Assembly: GCA_964631415.1 (NCBI GenBank) | Contig: CAZVZC010000003.1 | Span: forward strand, 53,326 to 92,821 | Source of the DNA: an uncultured archaeon | GTDB lineage: Archaea > Asgardarchaeota > Thorarchaeia > Thorarchaeales > Thorarchaeaceae | Direction: 5' to 3' | DNA length: 39,496 bases | Shown here: piece by piece, positions 19,592 through 27,429 of the stretch | How the letters are laid out: each line of letters opens with the position of its first letter | Numbering within the stretch: position 1 is the first letter of the stretch | Made by a program: the position numbers and the translations under genes | The notes under the pieces: generated by a model | What the model saw: only the letters and a program-made list of their open reading frames with translations | The model's database searches: none | Told to the model about the DNA's origin: nothing

Positions 19592-20398
19592 CTAGAAGCC
19601 AAGGCTAGCAAGAAGAACAACCATTGAGTTGTTGAAGCCGTGTGCAACCGCAGGCCCAACGATGGAGTAGTGTCGCTTCTGTGCAAGTGACCCAAGGAAT
19701 AGACCAAGGACGAACCTGGAAGGAAATCCGATGAGGTCGAGATGGATGGCCGCGAATATCACGGACGTGATCACGAGTGCGATTGCCCTATGACTGCTGC
19801 GCCTTGGTTGAAAGTATATCTCCATTCGACGCTGAAGGAATCCCCTGAACGCGACTTCTTCACCGAGTCCAACGACGCAGAACATCACTGCCACCCAAGC
19901 CACGAGTTCCGGCAGTCCTGAAACAACGAACAACTCATTGCCACCGTCGGTCGGCACAGGAATCAGATACCCAATGAACAACGTGATTGCAAGGTTGGCT
20001 ACCAGCATCGCCACACCATAGAGGAGACCGTAGAGGATTTCTGTAAGGGGCTTTGCAGTCTTCAGTCCTATAGATGCAAGAGGAAGGTTCTGCTTCCTCG
20101 CATACACTATCGGAGGAATCACGAAGCCAACCTCTGATAGGGTCAATATGAGGAACGACCATGGCGCAAATAGAATCTGCAAGGTTGCTAGATCTATTGC
20201 CACGAGTCCCATGACGATGAATGGAATCAGAATAACCACAAGGAGGCCCATCGTCAAAGCCCATGCGGCACCCGTATAGACAAGTACCTGGAAAAGCCTG
20301 TCCCAGTCGACCTCCCGCTCTATGTCAGAGCCCGGCTCGAAGACACCTATCCCGACATGCTCCTCCAACTCAATGCGGTCAGGATCCTCGATTACCAA
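19592..20398 (-). CDS. CPBP (Abi / CAAX protease II) intramembrane glutamic endopeptidase
   Basis: EExxxRG (GEEVAFRGFL), FxxxH (FAAIH), HxxxN (AHGFNN). Start reassigned to the TTG at 20398, which has GGAGG 8 nt upstream. Confidence 0.85.
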   Translation of the reverse strand: MVIEDPDRIELEEHVGIGVFEPGSDIEREVDWDRLFQVLVYTGAAWALTMGLLVVILIPFIVMGLVAIDLATLQILFAPWSFLILTLSEVGFVIPPIVYARKQNLPLASIGLKTAKPLTEILYGLLYGVAMLVANLAITLFIGYLIPVPTDGGNELFVVSGLPELVAWVAVMFCVVGLGEEVAFRGFLQRRMEIYFQPRRSSHRAIALVITSVIFAAIHLDLIGFPSRFVLGLFLGSLAQKRHYSIVGPAVAHGFNNSMVVLLASLGF

Positions 20399-20546
20399 GC
20401 GCGGAGCCTCCAGAACAACGACAGGGGGCACAATGATAAGGTTTTGGATGCATTCAGCGATCGTTGCTCCTTTCGAATAGACTTTATGACCTGCAAGCTG
20501 AACAGAACGACACTGTCCAAGAGCAAGAAGAACGGGATGACTGGGT

Positions 20547-22562
20547 ATGGGTCCGAATGATGAACCGGGCATGTCGCCCCCTCCTAGGAGAGGGACAGCA
20601 CTACTGGTCATCACAATGATCGTCATCACGACAGGCGCGTTCGCTTTCTTGGGTCCCAGAGGTATGGGGGAGAGAAGCGCGCCAGTAAGAGTAGCGCTCA
20701 TCGACTCTGGCGTGACACCCGACAGCACACTGTATGGCAGGGTTGTTTCGGGTAGGAGCTTCATAACAGAAGGGAACGGCTACCATAGCACAGACAATAG
20801 CACAGTTGACAGCGAACCTAGGGGCAACCCACATGGCACATTCGTTGCCAGAATCCTTGTCAAGGAAGCATCCAATGTCCTGATAGTGAACGCAAAGGTC
20901 GTAGACTCAAACAATACAGCAACTGAACAGGCCATCATTGAAGCAATGCGATGGGCTGTCAACGAGGAAGCCTGCGACATTATCAACCTGAGCCTCGGCG
21001 GATCCCCCTCGGGGCAGGATGGTTTGCGAGAGGCTGTCAGGTGGGCCTTTGAGCAGGGCGTTTCAGTAGTGGCCGCGGCAGGCAACAACGGTCGAGGCGG
21101 CGTGACGGGCAGCTCCATAGAATCACCAGCCGTTTATCCGCAAGCCATTGCTGTGGCCGCGGTTGATGAACAAGGACGCCCATACTATTTCTCGGGCAGG
21201 GGGCCTCTCAGAAATGGCACAACAAAACCGGACATCTCTGCCTTAGGGATGTACACCGACCAACAGAGCTCTACCACAGTCTACGGCACAAGCTATGCAG
21301 CACCAAGGGTCGCCGCTGCTGCGGCAGGCTTGATCGCATATTGCATAGAGAAGGGTTGGGATTGGACGCCTGGCATGATCAAGGCAACTCTGATGGCAAG
21401 CGCAGACCGTCTGTCATCAGAACCGTGGGAAACGGGTGCGGGCAATCTCGACCTTGATTCTGCACTCAAATTCCTGGACGAGGTGCCGAAGAACGAGAGC
21501 CTCCCTTTGGCCGCCTATGTACTCCCTAAGACAGGACCCGGCAGCTTCGAGAGATGGTTTGTCAACTCAACTGTGACAGTGGAGATGTCGGTCTTCGCAA
21601 GCAGTGGTACGACGTTTGATCTCTTCTATGAGGGCTCGGCCTCACCTTGGGTAAGAGGGCCGCAAACTATCTTGGTCAACCAGACAGGTTCTTTCTCCGT
21701 GCGAGTCCATGTCATATCAGGGACTGACATGTTGAACCTTCAAGCACTCGTGACTCTGATAGCTCCCGGCTATCTATCGCTGAAGGCCCAGATGAAATTC
21801 GATGCTTCGGTGGGCTTCGCTGTCGTCGCTTTTGACGTGAGTCATAGTCCGTGGTGGACTGACTCCATCTATGGTCAGTTTAGGGCATTCTACGAGTTGC
21901 TTACGGACATCGGCATCGCTGTCGAGGAGATACGAGACCCAAACGATCTCCAGTCTGAATCCATGCTTCGATATGACGCCATAGTCGTGCTGGATCCCTG
22001 CGCGTGGAGCTATTCGCTTGACGAAAACAGGATTGTCGCATCGCCTTTTGCCTCCTATTCGCAGTCAGAGATTGAAGCCTACCTCACCTACTGGCGTGCT
22101 GGCAGAGGACTCCTCGTGGCAGCTCTCGACAACTCTAGCATAGACGTAGAGAGCACAAACCAGCTACTGTCCTGTTTCAACATGACTCTGAACCATGACC
22201 ACATACCCGGAGTCACGATCGTGGTGGACGGCATTCCATCATCTGTCTTGGTGTCTGGTCTCACCAACAATACACTTGCTCAGGGGGTTAGGTCGTTCGA
22301 CTTCAACGGATGCTCGCTCAATTTCTCGAATGGGGCATTCAGACTCGCATGGACAGAAATTGTCTGGAGAGACCCTCAGGGTAATCTGCACATAGACAGC
22401 AGAACAGTGGCAGTGGGTCTAGAAGGCGAGGGCGGCTCTAGAATGGTCGCTATGGGCAGCAACTTTTTCATCGATAACTGGGGCATCAATGGATTGTATC
22501 AGTCTACTCAGAACTCGAAGCTCGCCCTGCAGACCGTCCTATGGCTGATACAGGCGCTGTAA
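20547..22562 (+). CDS. Membrane-anchored S8 subtilase with a C-terminal GATase-like/GIFT domain; site-1 protease (MBTPS1/SKI-1)-like architecture
   Basis: N-terminal TM; triad IDSG / HGTFVA / GTSYAAP; oxyanion AAGNNG; beta-rich middle domain; C-terminal FDVSH...FRAFYELL...YDAIVVLDP...NQLLSCFNM...GSRMVAMGS; many N-x-S/T sequons. Confidence 0.85.
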   Translation: MGPNDEPGMSPPPRRGTALLVITMIVITTGAFAFLGPRGMGERSAPVRVALIDSGVTPDSTLYGRVVSGRSFITEGNGYHSTDNSTVDSEPRGNPHGTFVARILVKEASNVLIVNAKVVDSNNTATEQAIIEAMRWAVNEEACDIINLSLGGSPSGQDGLREAVRWAFEQGVSVVAAAGNNGRGGVTGSSIESPAVYPQAIAVAAVDEQGRPYYFSGRGPLRNGTTKPDISALGMYTDQQSSTTVYGTSYAAPRVAAAAAGLIAYCIEKGWDWTPGMIKATLMASADRLSSEPWETGAGNLDLDSALKFLDEVPKNESLPLAAYVLPKTGPGSFERWFVNSTVTVEMSVFASSGTTFDLFYEGSASPWVRGPQTILVNQTGSFSVRVHVISGTDMLNLQALVTLIAPGYLSLKAQMKFDASVGFAVVAFDVSHSPWWTDSIYGQFRAFYELLTDIGIAVEEIRDPNDLQSESMLRYDAIVVLDPCAWSYSLDENRIVASPFASYSQSEIEAYLTYWRAGRGLLVAALDNSSIDVESTNQLLSCFNMTLNHDHIPGVTIVVDGIPSSVLVSGLTNNTLAQGVRSFDFNGCSLNFSNGAFRLAWTEIVWRDPQGNLHIDSRTVAVGLEGEGGSRMVAMGSNFFIDNWGINGLYQSTQNSKLALQTVLWLIQAL

Positions 22563-22564
22563 TC

Positions 22565-22948
22565 TTAGAGGAGCGGGGCAATCCGTTCACAGGCAGTCTT
22601 TGCAGCGTAGACGAGAAGACCTGTCTTGAGAGCCTTACCTGCAGCCAGCACAAGGATTGCCTTCTCTCCAGCACTCTTCATCAGCATCATGCCGCGCTCA
22701 TTGGTCAGAAGGACCTCCTCTAGCGAGCCTTGTTCCATTCTCTCAGCAGCAAGGTCAGCGACCCCCAGAATGGAAGCGGCCATGGCTGCAATCTCGGCTT
22801 CCTCAAGCCCCTGCGGCAAGGCGGAGGCAATGGGAAGACCCTCCTTTGAAAGGAGCATCCAAGCACGCACACCTGCCGCAAGAGATGTGGCCTCCTCCAT
22901 AATCTGCTGCAGCTTCCCCTGAAGCTCCTCGAAGTTGGGGTCTAACAT
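22565..22948 (-). CDS. Roadblock/LC7 (MglB/LAMTOR-like) domain protein
   Basis: GVRAWMLLSKEGLPIASALP...IAAMAASIL...LEEVLL...AILVLAA...GLLVY. The ATG at 22948 follows GGTGG. Confidence 0.9.
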   Translation of the reverse strand: MLDPNFEELQGKLQQIMEEATSLAAGVRAWMLLSKEGLPIASALPQGLEEAEIAAMAASILGVADLAAERMEQGSLEEVLLTNERGMMLMKSAGEKAILVLAAGKALKTGLLVYAAKTACERIAPLL

Positions 22949-23146
22949 GGCCACCACTCTCTGGGCGGGTATATTGAGTTCGGCTTGGAGGTGTGCGTTA
23001 ATAAAGTTTGCATGACGCAACCGCGCAGTCATTGGGTCGCCCTTCAAATCTGATGCACATAGTAATAAGGTCACGCCCACAAACCATCTACGTCAACTGG
23101 GACTCTTTCCAGAGCTGACTACTGCCCGTTCTACGGTGAGTCTCGA

Positions 23147-23764
23147 ATGGTTCTGCGCATCCAAGACATCGAGTCGGGAGACCTCCATAGCAGTACGGCC
23201 GGATGGAAGACAGGTGTGAGAGTCCTTGGGGTCGCAGAGAGCTTCCAGCGGTCCGACAAGAGGAGTCTTGTCGCAGGTGTGGTGATGCGGGGAGACCTCA
23301 GAATAGATGGCTACGGATTCTGCCGGCCGGACATCGGGGGCAGGAATGCGACCCAAGAACTCCTCGCCATGTATGATAGAATCAATCGAAAAGACATACG
23401 GGCCTGGATGTTGGGTGGTAGCGTAATATCGTGGTTCAACGTGGTCGACCTCCGCAGGCTCCACGAAAGCACAAGTGTGCCGGTCACATGTGTGTCCTAC
23501 CATCCGTCAGAGGGAATCGAGAAGTACCTGCAAGAGTACTTCCCTACGGACTGGCAGGAACGGAACGCAGTGCTCGAACACGCTAGCCCTCGAGCGAAAG
23601 TCGATCTCAGCACCGGGCATCCAATCTTCCTGTCTGTAGAAGGACTAAGTCTTGAGAGGGGATTCAGGCTTGTCGATATGTTCACTGTCGATGGTGGCAT
23701 TCCCGAGCCCATACGAGTAGCTCGTATACTCGCATCTGCAATGCGAGACTCCGGCTATGTCTAG
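23147..23764 (+). CDS. DUF99 / UPF0215 endonuclease V-like protein
   Basis: VLGVAESF, AGVVMRGDLRIDG, GRNAT, SWFNVVD, IPEPIRVA: archaeal DUF99 signature. Confidence 0.85.
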   Translation: MVLRIQDIESGDLHSSTAGWKTGVRVLGVAESFQRSDKRSLVAGVVMRGDLRIDGYGFCRPDIGGRNATQELLAMYDRINRKDIRAWMLGGSVISWFNVVDLRRLHESTSVPVTCVSYHPSEGIEKYLQEYFPTDWQERNAVLEHASPRAKVDLSTGHPIFLSVEGLSLERGFRLVDMFTVDGGIPEPIRVARILASAMRDSGYV

Positions 23765-24381
23765 CAAGAACCGGTCGGCTTCCGTCTGTTGCCTCTATGT
23801 AGACTCAACAGCTTGGAGTAGAGCTCCTCGAAGACTTCCAATGAGGAGCCAGCTTCTTCATGATGTGAATTGTGGAAGAACTCATCAAGCAACGTTGGCA
23901 GGCAACCTGCCCGTTCCAAGCTCACCGCGTGTGTCAACATGTCAACCTTGTCGGCAGCATTGACTATCCGTGCCTCAAGCGTCTTGCACGCGGCAAACTC
24001 CTCCCATAAGCCGGCCAGAAAGGAGCCGACCTCACCAAGAGGGTACAGGATATGCCTTGCTGCTGCCGCCTCAGTCTTCTCCTTTGATGACCTCATGGAG
24101 TCACCACCAAACTGTACAGCCGTGAGTGGAATGTCTGACACAATGGCCTCAGGCAGATCATGGAGGATCGCCATCGTCAGCACTTTCTGAAGGTCGACGT
24201 TATTTCCGTCAGACATGATCTTCTCAGCAATCAGGAGAGAGATCAGAGACGTCCCCCAAGAATGGGCTGCAACAGTCTCCTCGTCGGATGAACCTAGCCC
24301 GACCAGTGTCCATCCTGTCCGCCTCAGGCGCTTTAGAGTTTCAGCCTTCAGCGAGAGAACAATGATGTCATCTGTGTTCAC
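23761..24381 (-). CDS. HD-domain hydrolase, YfbR/HDDC2-like 5'-deoxynucleotidase
   Basis: LKRLRRTGW, ETVAAHSW, AILHDLPEAIVSDI, EARIVNAADKVD. Confidence 0.88.
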   Translation of the reverse strand: MNTDDIIVLSLKAETLKRLRRTGWTLVGLGSSDEETVAAHSWGTSLISLLIAEKIMSDGNNVDLQKVLTMAILHDLPEAIVSDIPLTAVQFGGDSMRSSKEKTEAAAARHILYPLGEVGSFLAGLWEEFAACKTLEARIVNAADKVDMLTHAVSLERAGCLPTLLDEFFHNSHHEEAGSSLEVFEELYSKLLSLHRGNRRKPTGSC

Positions 24382-24445
24382 GTCAATCCCATCCTCGACC
24401 CCATTACAGGCCGACCAAAGCCGCCCTCTGACTCTTATCCTCCAA

Positions 24446-25534
24446 CTATGGAGTCACTACGATTGTGCCCTCTACTATCGAATCCTTGTAATCAGAGATT
24501 ATTATCATCAAAGCGTCTGATACGTATGTGGTGCTGTACTGAAACCTCGTTATGTTCGCGCCACCATTCGCGAGATTGTACTCCAAGTTCTGGCCACCGG
24601 GAAAGAGGTCCCACATTGTCAAGTTGGCTATCTGTTGGAACGCGAGATCAGCCCGAGGTACAACGCTCGTCGTTATCCAGGATGGATCAGTAGGATGACT
24701 TGTATCGGAACAACCGAGGTAATCCTGATCGGCCTCTGCTCCAATGACAAGTGGCATTCTATGTTTCAGGTACAAGAGAGTAGTGTTCGCCTGGAACATC
24801 CCTAGCCGAACACCGTTGATTGACGCTCGAACTGGTGCGAATATGACGGAGGCCTTGCTCGTAATGAACATATTGTAAGTTGTTGACCGAGCAGCATCCG
24901 TATTGTTGTAGCTGCCGATATACTGTATCGGAAGAAGAGTGACATTCAGCAAATAGGTAGTGTTCGCGTGCTCAACGCCTTGCACGAAGCCGTTGATCAG
25001 ACTTGTGACCAGCTGATCGTCATTGACAGAAGCTATGATGCCCACCTTCCCAGTGTAGTTTTCCCGTATTGAGAGGAAGGCAGCCAGGACTCCAGCCAAG
25101 AAGGAGGCCTGCTCGACTGCAAAACTGGCTGACGCAACGTTTGCCAAGTTCACGTAACCTCCGATCATGGCAAACCTCTGACTGGGATATGCTTCGGCCG
25201 CATTCTGAAGGGCCGGCATGAGCTTGGGCCCAATGGCAACGATGAGGTCGTATTGACCTTGAGCCGCCAGACTACGCAGGAGTGCCTCGGCCTCTGGAAC
25301 AGTCTGGGGATAAGGAGTAGGCACAAAGTACTCAACGGAGACATCGGCTGTAAGATTCTGCATGCCTATGTTGGCCTGATCAACCAAGCTCAGGTCACCG
25401 AAACCCGGGTCCATCACCACAACAGCAATAGTCGGGGGCTCGTATGGGTTGGTGATGAATAGCAGAGCACCAACAGAACCGAAAATCACTAGGACGATTA
25501 CCACCGACGACAACAGAGATGACCTAGAGCTCAC
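24446..25534 (-). CDS. BMP family (PnrA/TmpC-like) solute-binding protein with an N-terminal TM anchor
   Basis: GFGDLS, YDLIVAIG, AEAYPSQRFAMI, FAVEQASFLAGVLAA, GFVQGV, VIGAEADQDY, TSVV; many N-glycosylation sequons. Confidence 0.8.
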   Translation of the reverse strand: MSSRSSLLSSVVIVLVIFGSVGALLFITNPYEPPTIAVVVMDPGFGDLSLVDQANIGMQNLTADVSVEYFVPTPYPQTVPEAEALLRSLAAQGQYDLIVAIGPKLMPALQNAAEAYPSQRFAMIGGYVNLANVASASFAVEQASFLAGVLAAFLSIRENYTGKVGIIASVNDDQLVTSLINGFVQGVEHANTTYLLNVTLLPIQYIGSYNNTDAARSTTYNMFITSKASVIFAPVRASINGVRLGMFQANTTLLYLKHRMPLVIGAEADQDYLGCSDTSHPTDPSWITTSVVPRADLAFQQIANLTMWDLFPGGQNLEYNLANGGANITRFQYSTTYVSDALMIIISDYKDSIVEGTIVVTP

Positions 25535-25760
25535 CGTACTTCCTCCAGCGTCGAACGGCAGCGATGCGCCTCGGCGCTGATATAAATCTGTTGTTCAAAG
25601 TGTCGCCTCTTGGCTTGATCAGATGATTGCTGGCCGGCAGACAGCCACCCTTTTGTTCTAGACAACGAACCACAGTCCGTCACTGGAGAGCAACTCCTAA
25701 CCACAGCTTAAATAGTGGTATTGTGATAGTGGCTGGACCACAAACCGAGAGTGTGAAACA

Positions 25761-26483
25761 ATGCCCGGAGAGATGCTCGGCAAGGTCGCAGATCTTCTAG
25801 AGGACGCTCTAAAGGTTCACAAGTCAGTGAATAACGTCATTCTCAGCACGAAGGAGGGCGTCGTCGTTGCGGCAGTGTCACATCAGGAGAACATAGACCC
25901 GCGTGTGCTCTCCACTGTGTCGGCGGCACTCGTCTGGGCCGGTACGAATGTCCTTGGTCGAGTAAGTGACGCAAGGCCCACGCACCTCCTGCATTCAACT
26001 TCTCTCGAGCATGTCCTGACCGTCATGCAGCCGCACTATCAGCTCGTAGTTGTGATAAGCAGAGCAGACGACGCGGGGCTTGACATGCGTGCCGCAGTAT
26101 CGACATTCCAGTCGATTGCGACGCGGATCGAACTGCTGATGGGTTCGAGCAAGGCATTCACAAAAGAAACTCTGCTTGGGAACATCGTCAAATCCTTCCC
26201 CGAGATCACGCAAGCCATGCTCCTGACTATCGAGGGACTGCCTTTAGGCTCGGTAGGGTTCGAGGATCATATAGAGGTGGCCGCCCTGGCCAGCTCCATC
26301 TTTGCAAATGGACTCACATTCTCTAACCGCACAGAGGCGATAACAATCAACTCAGATCGTGTCACACTACTTGTGACTCGTGTTGATGAAACGCGCCTGC
26401 TCGCCGCAATATGCCCGGGTCAACGATCAGACGAATTGTGTAAGAGAGTGCAAGCGCTCGTCCAAGACCACACAACAGTCTAG
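25761..26483 (+). CDS. Tandem (double) roadblock/LC7 domain protein
   Basis: Repeat 1 VNNVILSTKEGVVVAA...LSTVSAAL; repeat 2 ITQAMLLTIEGLPLGS...VAALASSIF...RLLAAI. Confidence 0.75.
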   Translation: MPGEMLGKVADLLEDALKVHKSVNNVILSTKEGVVVAAVSHQENIDPRVLSTVSAALVWAGTNVLGRVSDARPTHLLHSTSLEHVLTVMQPHYQLVVVISRADDAGLDMRAAVSTFQSIATRIELLMGSSKAFTKETLLGNIVKSFPEITQAMLLTIEGLPLGSVGFEDHIEVAALASSIFANGLTFSNRTEAITINSDRVTLLVTRVDETRLLAAICPGQRSDELCKRVQALVQDHTTV

Positions 26484-27181
26484 TGAATCTTTGCGGGCTC
26501 CGCAACCTCTTCGGGAGCCGACTCCTCTTCAGCGAGCATATCGAACTGCCATTCCCTCAGATTAATCTTGATGTAGCAGTCCTTTCCGCGCTCAGGACAG
26601 TCAATTCTAATCGTGACATGGTCTGGAGTCTTCTCCTTGATCTCAGGGTTCATGCAACCATTCTCCAGTTTCTCCATCAGCCATGCCACGTACGCCTCGG
26701 TGATCGAGTTCAGGCTGCCATCCATTAGCGCCTGACCGAGATGAGCAAGGAAGTGCCTCTTCTTGCGTCCTTCCCTCTCGACCCTTACGAGGCCCACTTC
26801 TTCCATCCGTGAGATGTGCCATCGTACTGTGTCATGATGAACGCCGAGGGTTTCAGCCATCTGCTCTTGGTAGCAACCCGGATTGTTCACTATGTATGCG
26901 AACACTCTACGTGCAGTTTCACTCCGCATCGTGAGATAAGCCATCTCAGCCTCCTGAGACCGAAGCATTTTGGGATAGTACAATCTCTTGCCTGCGAACT
27001 TGATTGACTTGACAAGGCCCTCACGTTCGAGTATCCTCAGATGCCAAGTGAGAGTGCCAAGGGGGGACTCCAGCATCTCTACGAGTTCAAGCAAATATGT
27101 CCCAGGGTTCTCGCATAGTACTTGGTAGAGGTCACGCCTGAAAGGGTGAAGTAGCAAGGTTAGGCGTTTCTGCTTTCCCAT
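26480..27181 (-). CDS. Double winged-HTH transcriptional regulator (COG3398-like)
   Basis: Two ArsR-like repeats: RRDLYQVLCENPG...GTLTWHLRILEREGLV and RRVFAYIVNNPG...TVRWHISRMEEVGLV. Confidence 0.85.
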   Translation of the reverse strand: MGKQKRLTLLLHPFRRDLYQVLCENPGTYLLELVEMLESPLGTLTWHLRILEREGLVKSIKFAGKRLYYPKMLRSQEAEMAYLTMRSETARRVFAYIVNNPGCYQEQMAETLGVHHDTVRWHISRMEEVGLVRVEREGRKKRHFLAHLGQALMDGSLNSITEAYVAWLMEKLENGCMNPEIKEKTPDHVTIRIDCPERGKDCYIKINLREWQFDMLAEEESAPEEVAEPAKIH

Positions 27182-27288
27182 CGGGCTCTCCTCTTGACTT
27201 GCTCCCTCTCCCGATGGTCCGAAAGGTCATAAAAGCTCTTCGACCTTGAAGAAAAGACGGACGGTGCACCAGCCCTGCACAACCTATT

Positions 27289-27378
27289 GTTGTGTCTTGC
27301 CTGTAAGCCAGGTAATGGCGGCTCTGATTCGAAAGAATCAGCTCAGACGGCCTAAATGAATGCTACACAACCTTTTTT
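27289..27378 (+). ncRNA. Candidate structured RNA (three-way junction plus U-tract) upstream of glmS
   Basis: Closing stem GTTGTGT (27289-95) / ACACAAC (27365-71); hairpin TTGCCTG-TAAGC-CAGGTAA (27297-315); hairpin CTGATTC-GAAA-GAATCAG (27324-41); T6 at 27373-78. No family assigned. Confidence 0.4.
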
Positions 27379-27429
27379 CGGAGCGCGTTCACTGCTCTTT
27401 CACGTAAGTTCAGCTTAGAAGGGACCAAT

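Noticed and set aside
20399-20764. 122-aa N-terminal extension of the CPBP ORF overlapping the subtilase on the opposite strand
   Set aside because: It reads as antisense shadow; the TTG at 20398 with GGAGG gives a normal-sized CPBP protein.
22949-23080. 44-aa N-terminal extension of the roadblock protein; likewise 33430-33582 of the ABC ATPase
   Set aside because: Downstream starts have RBS-like sequences and give canonical domain boundaries; the extensions cover promoter or neighbouring-gene sequence.
27182-27429. Canonical glmS ribozyme, or a twister / twister-sister ribozyme
   Set aside because: The invariant cores (AGCGCC and GACGAGG; twister pseudoknot pairings; GCAA/GCUCA internal loop in the right register) could not be placed. 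Kept only as an unassigned structured RNA.
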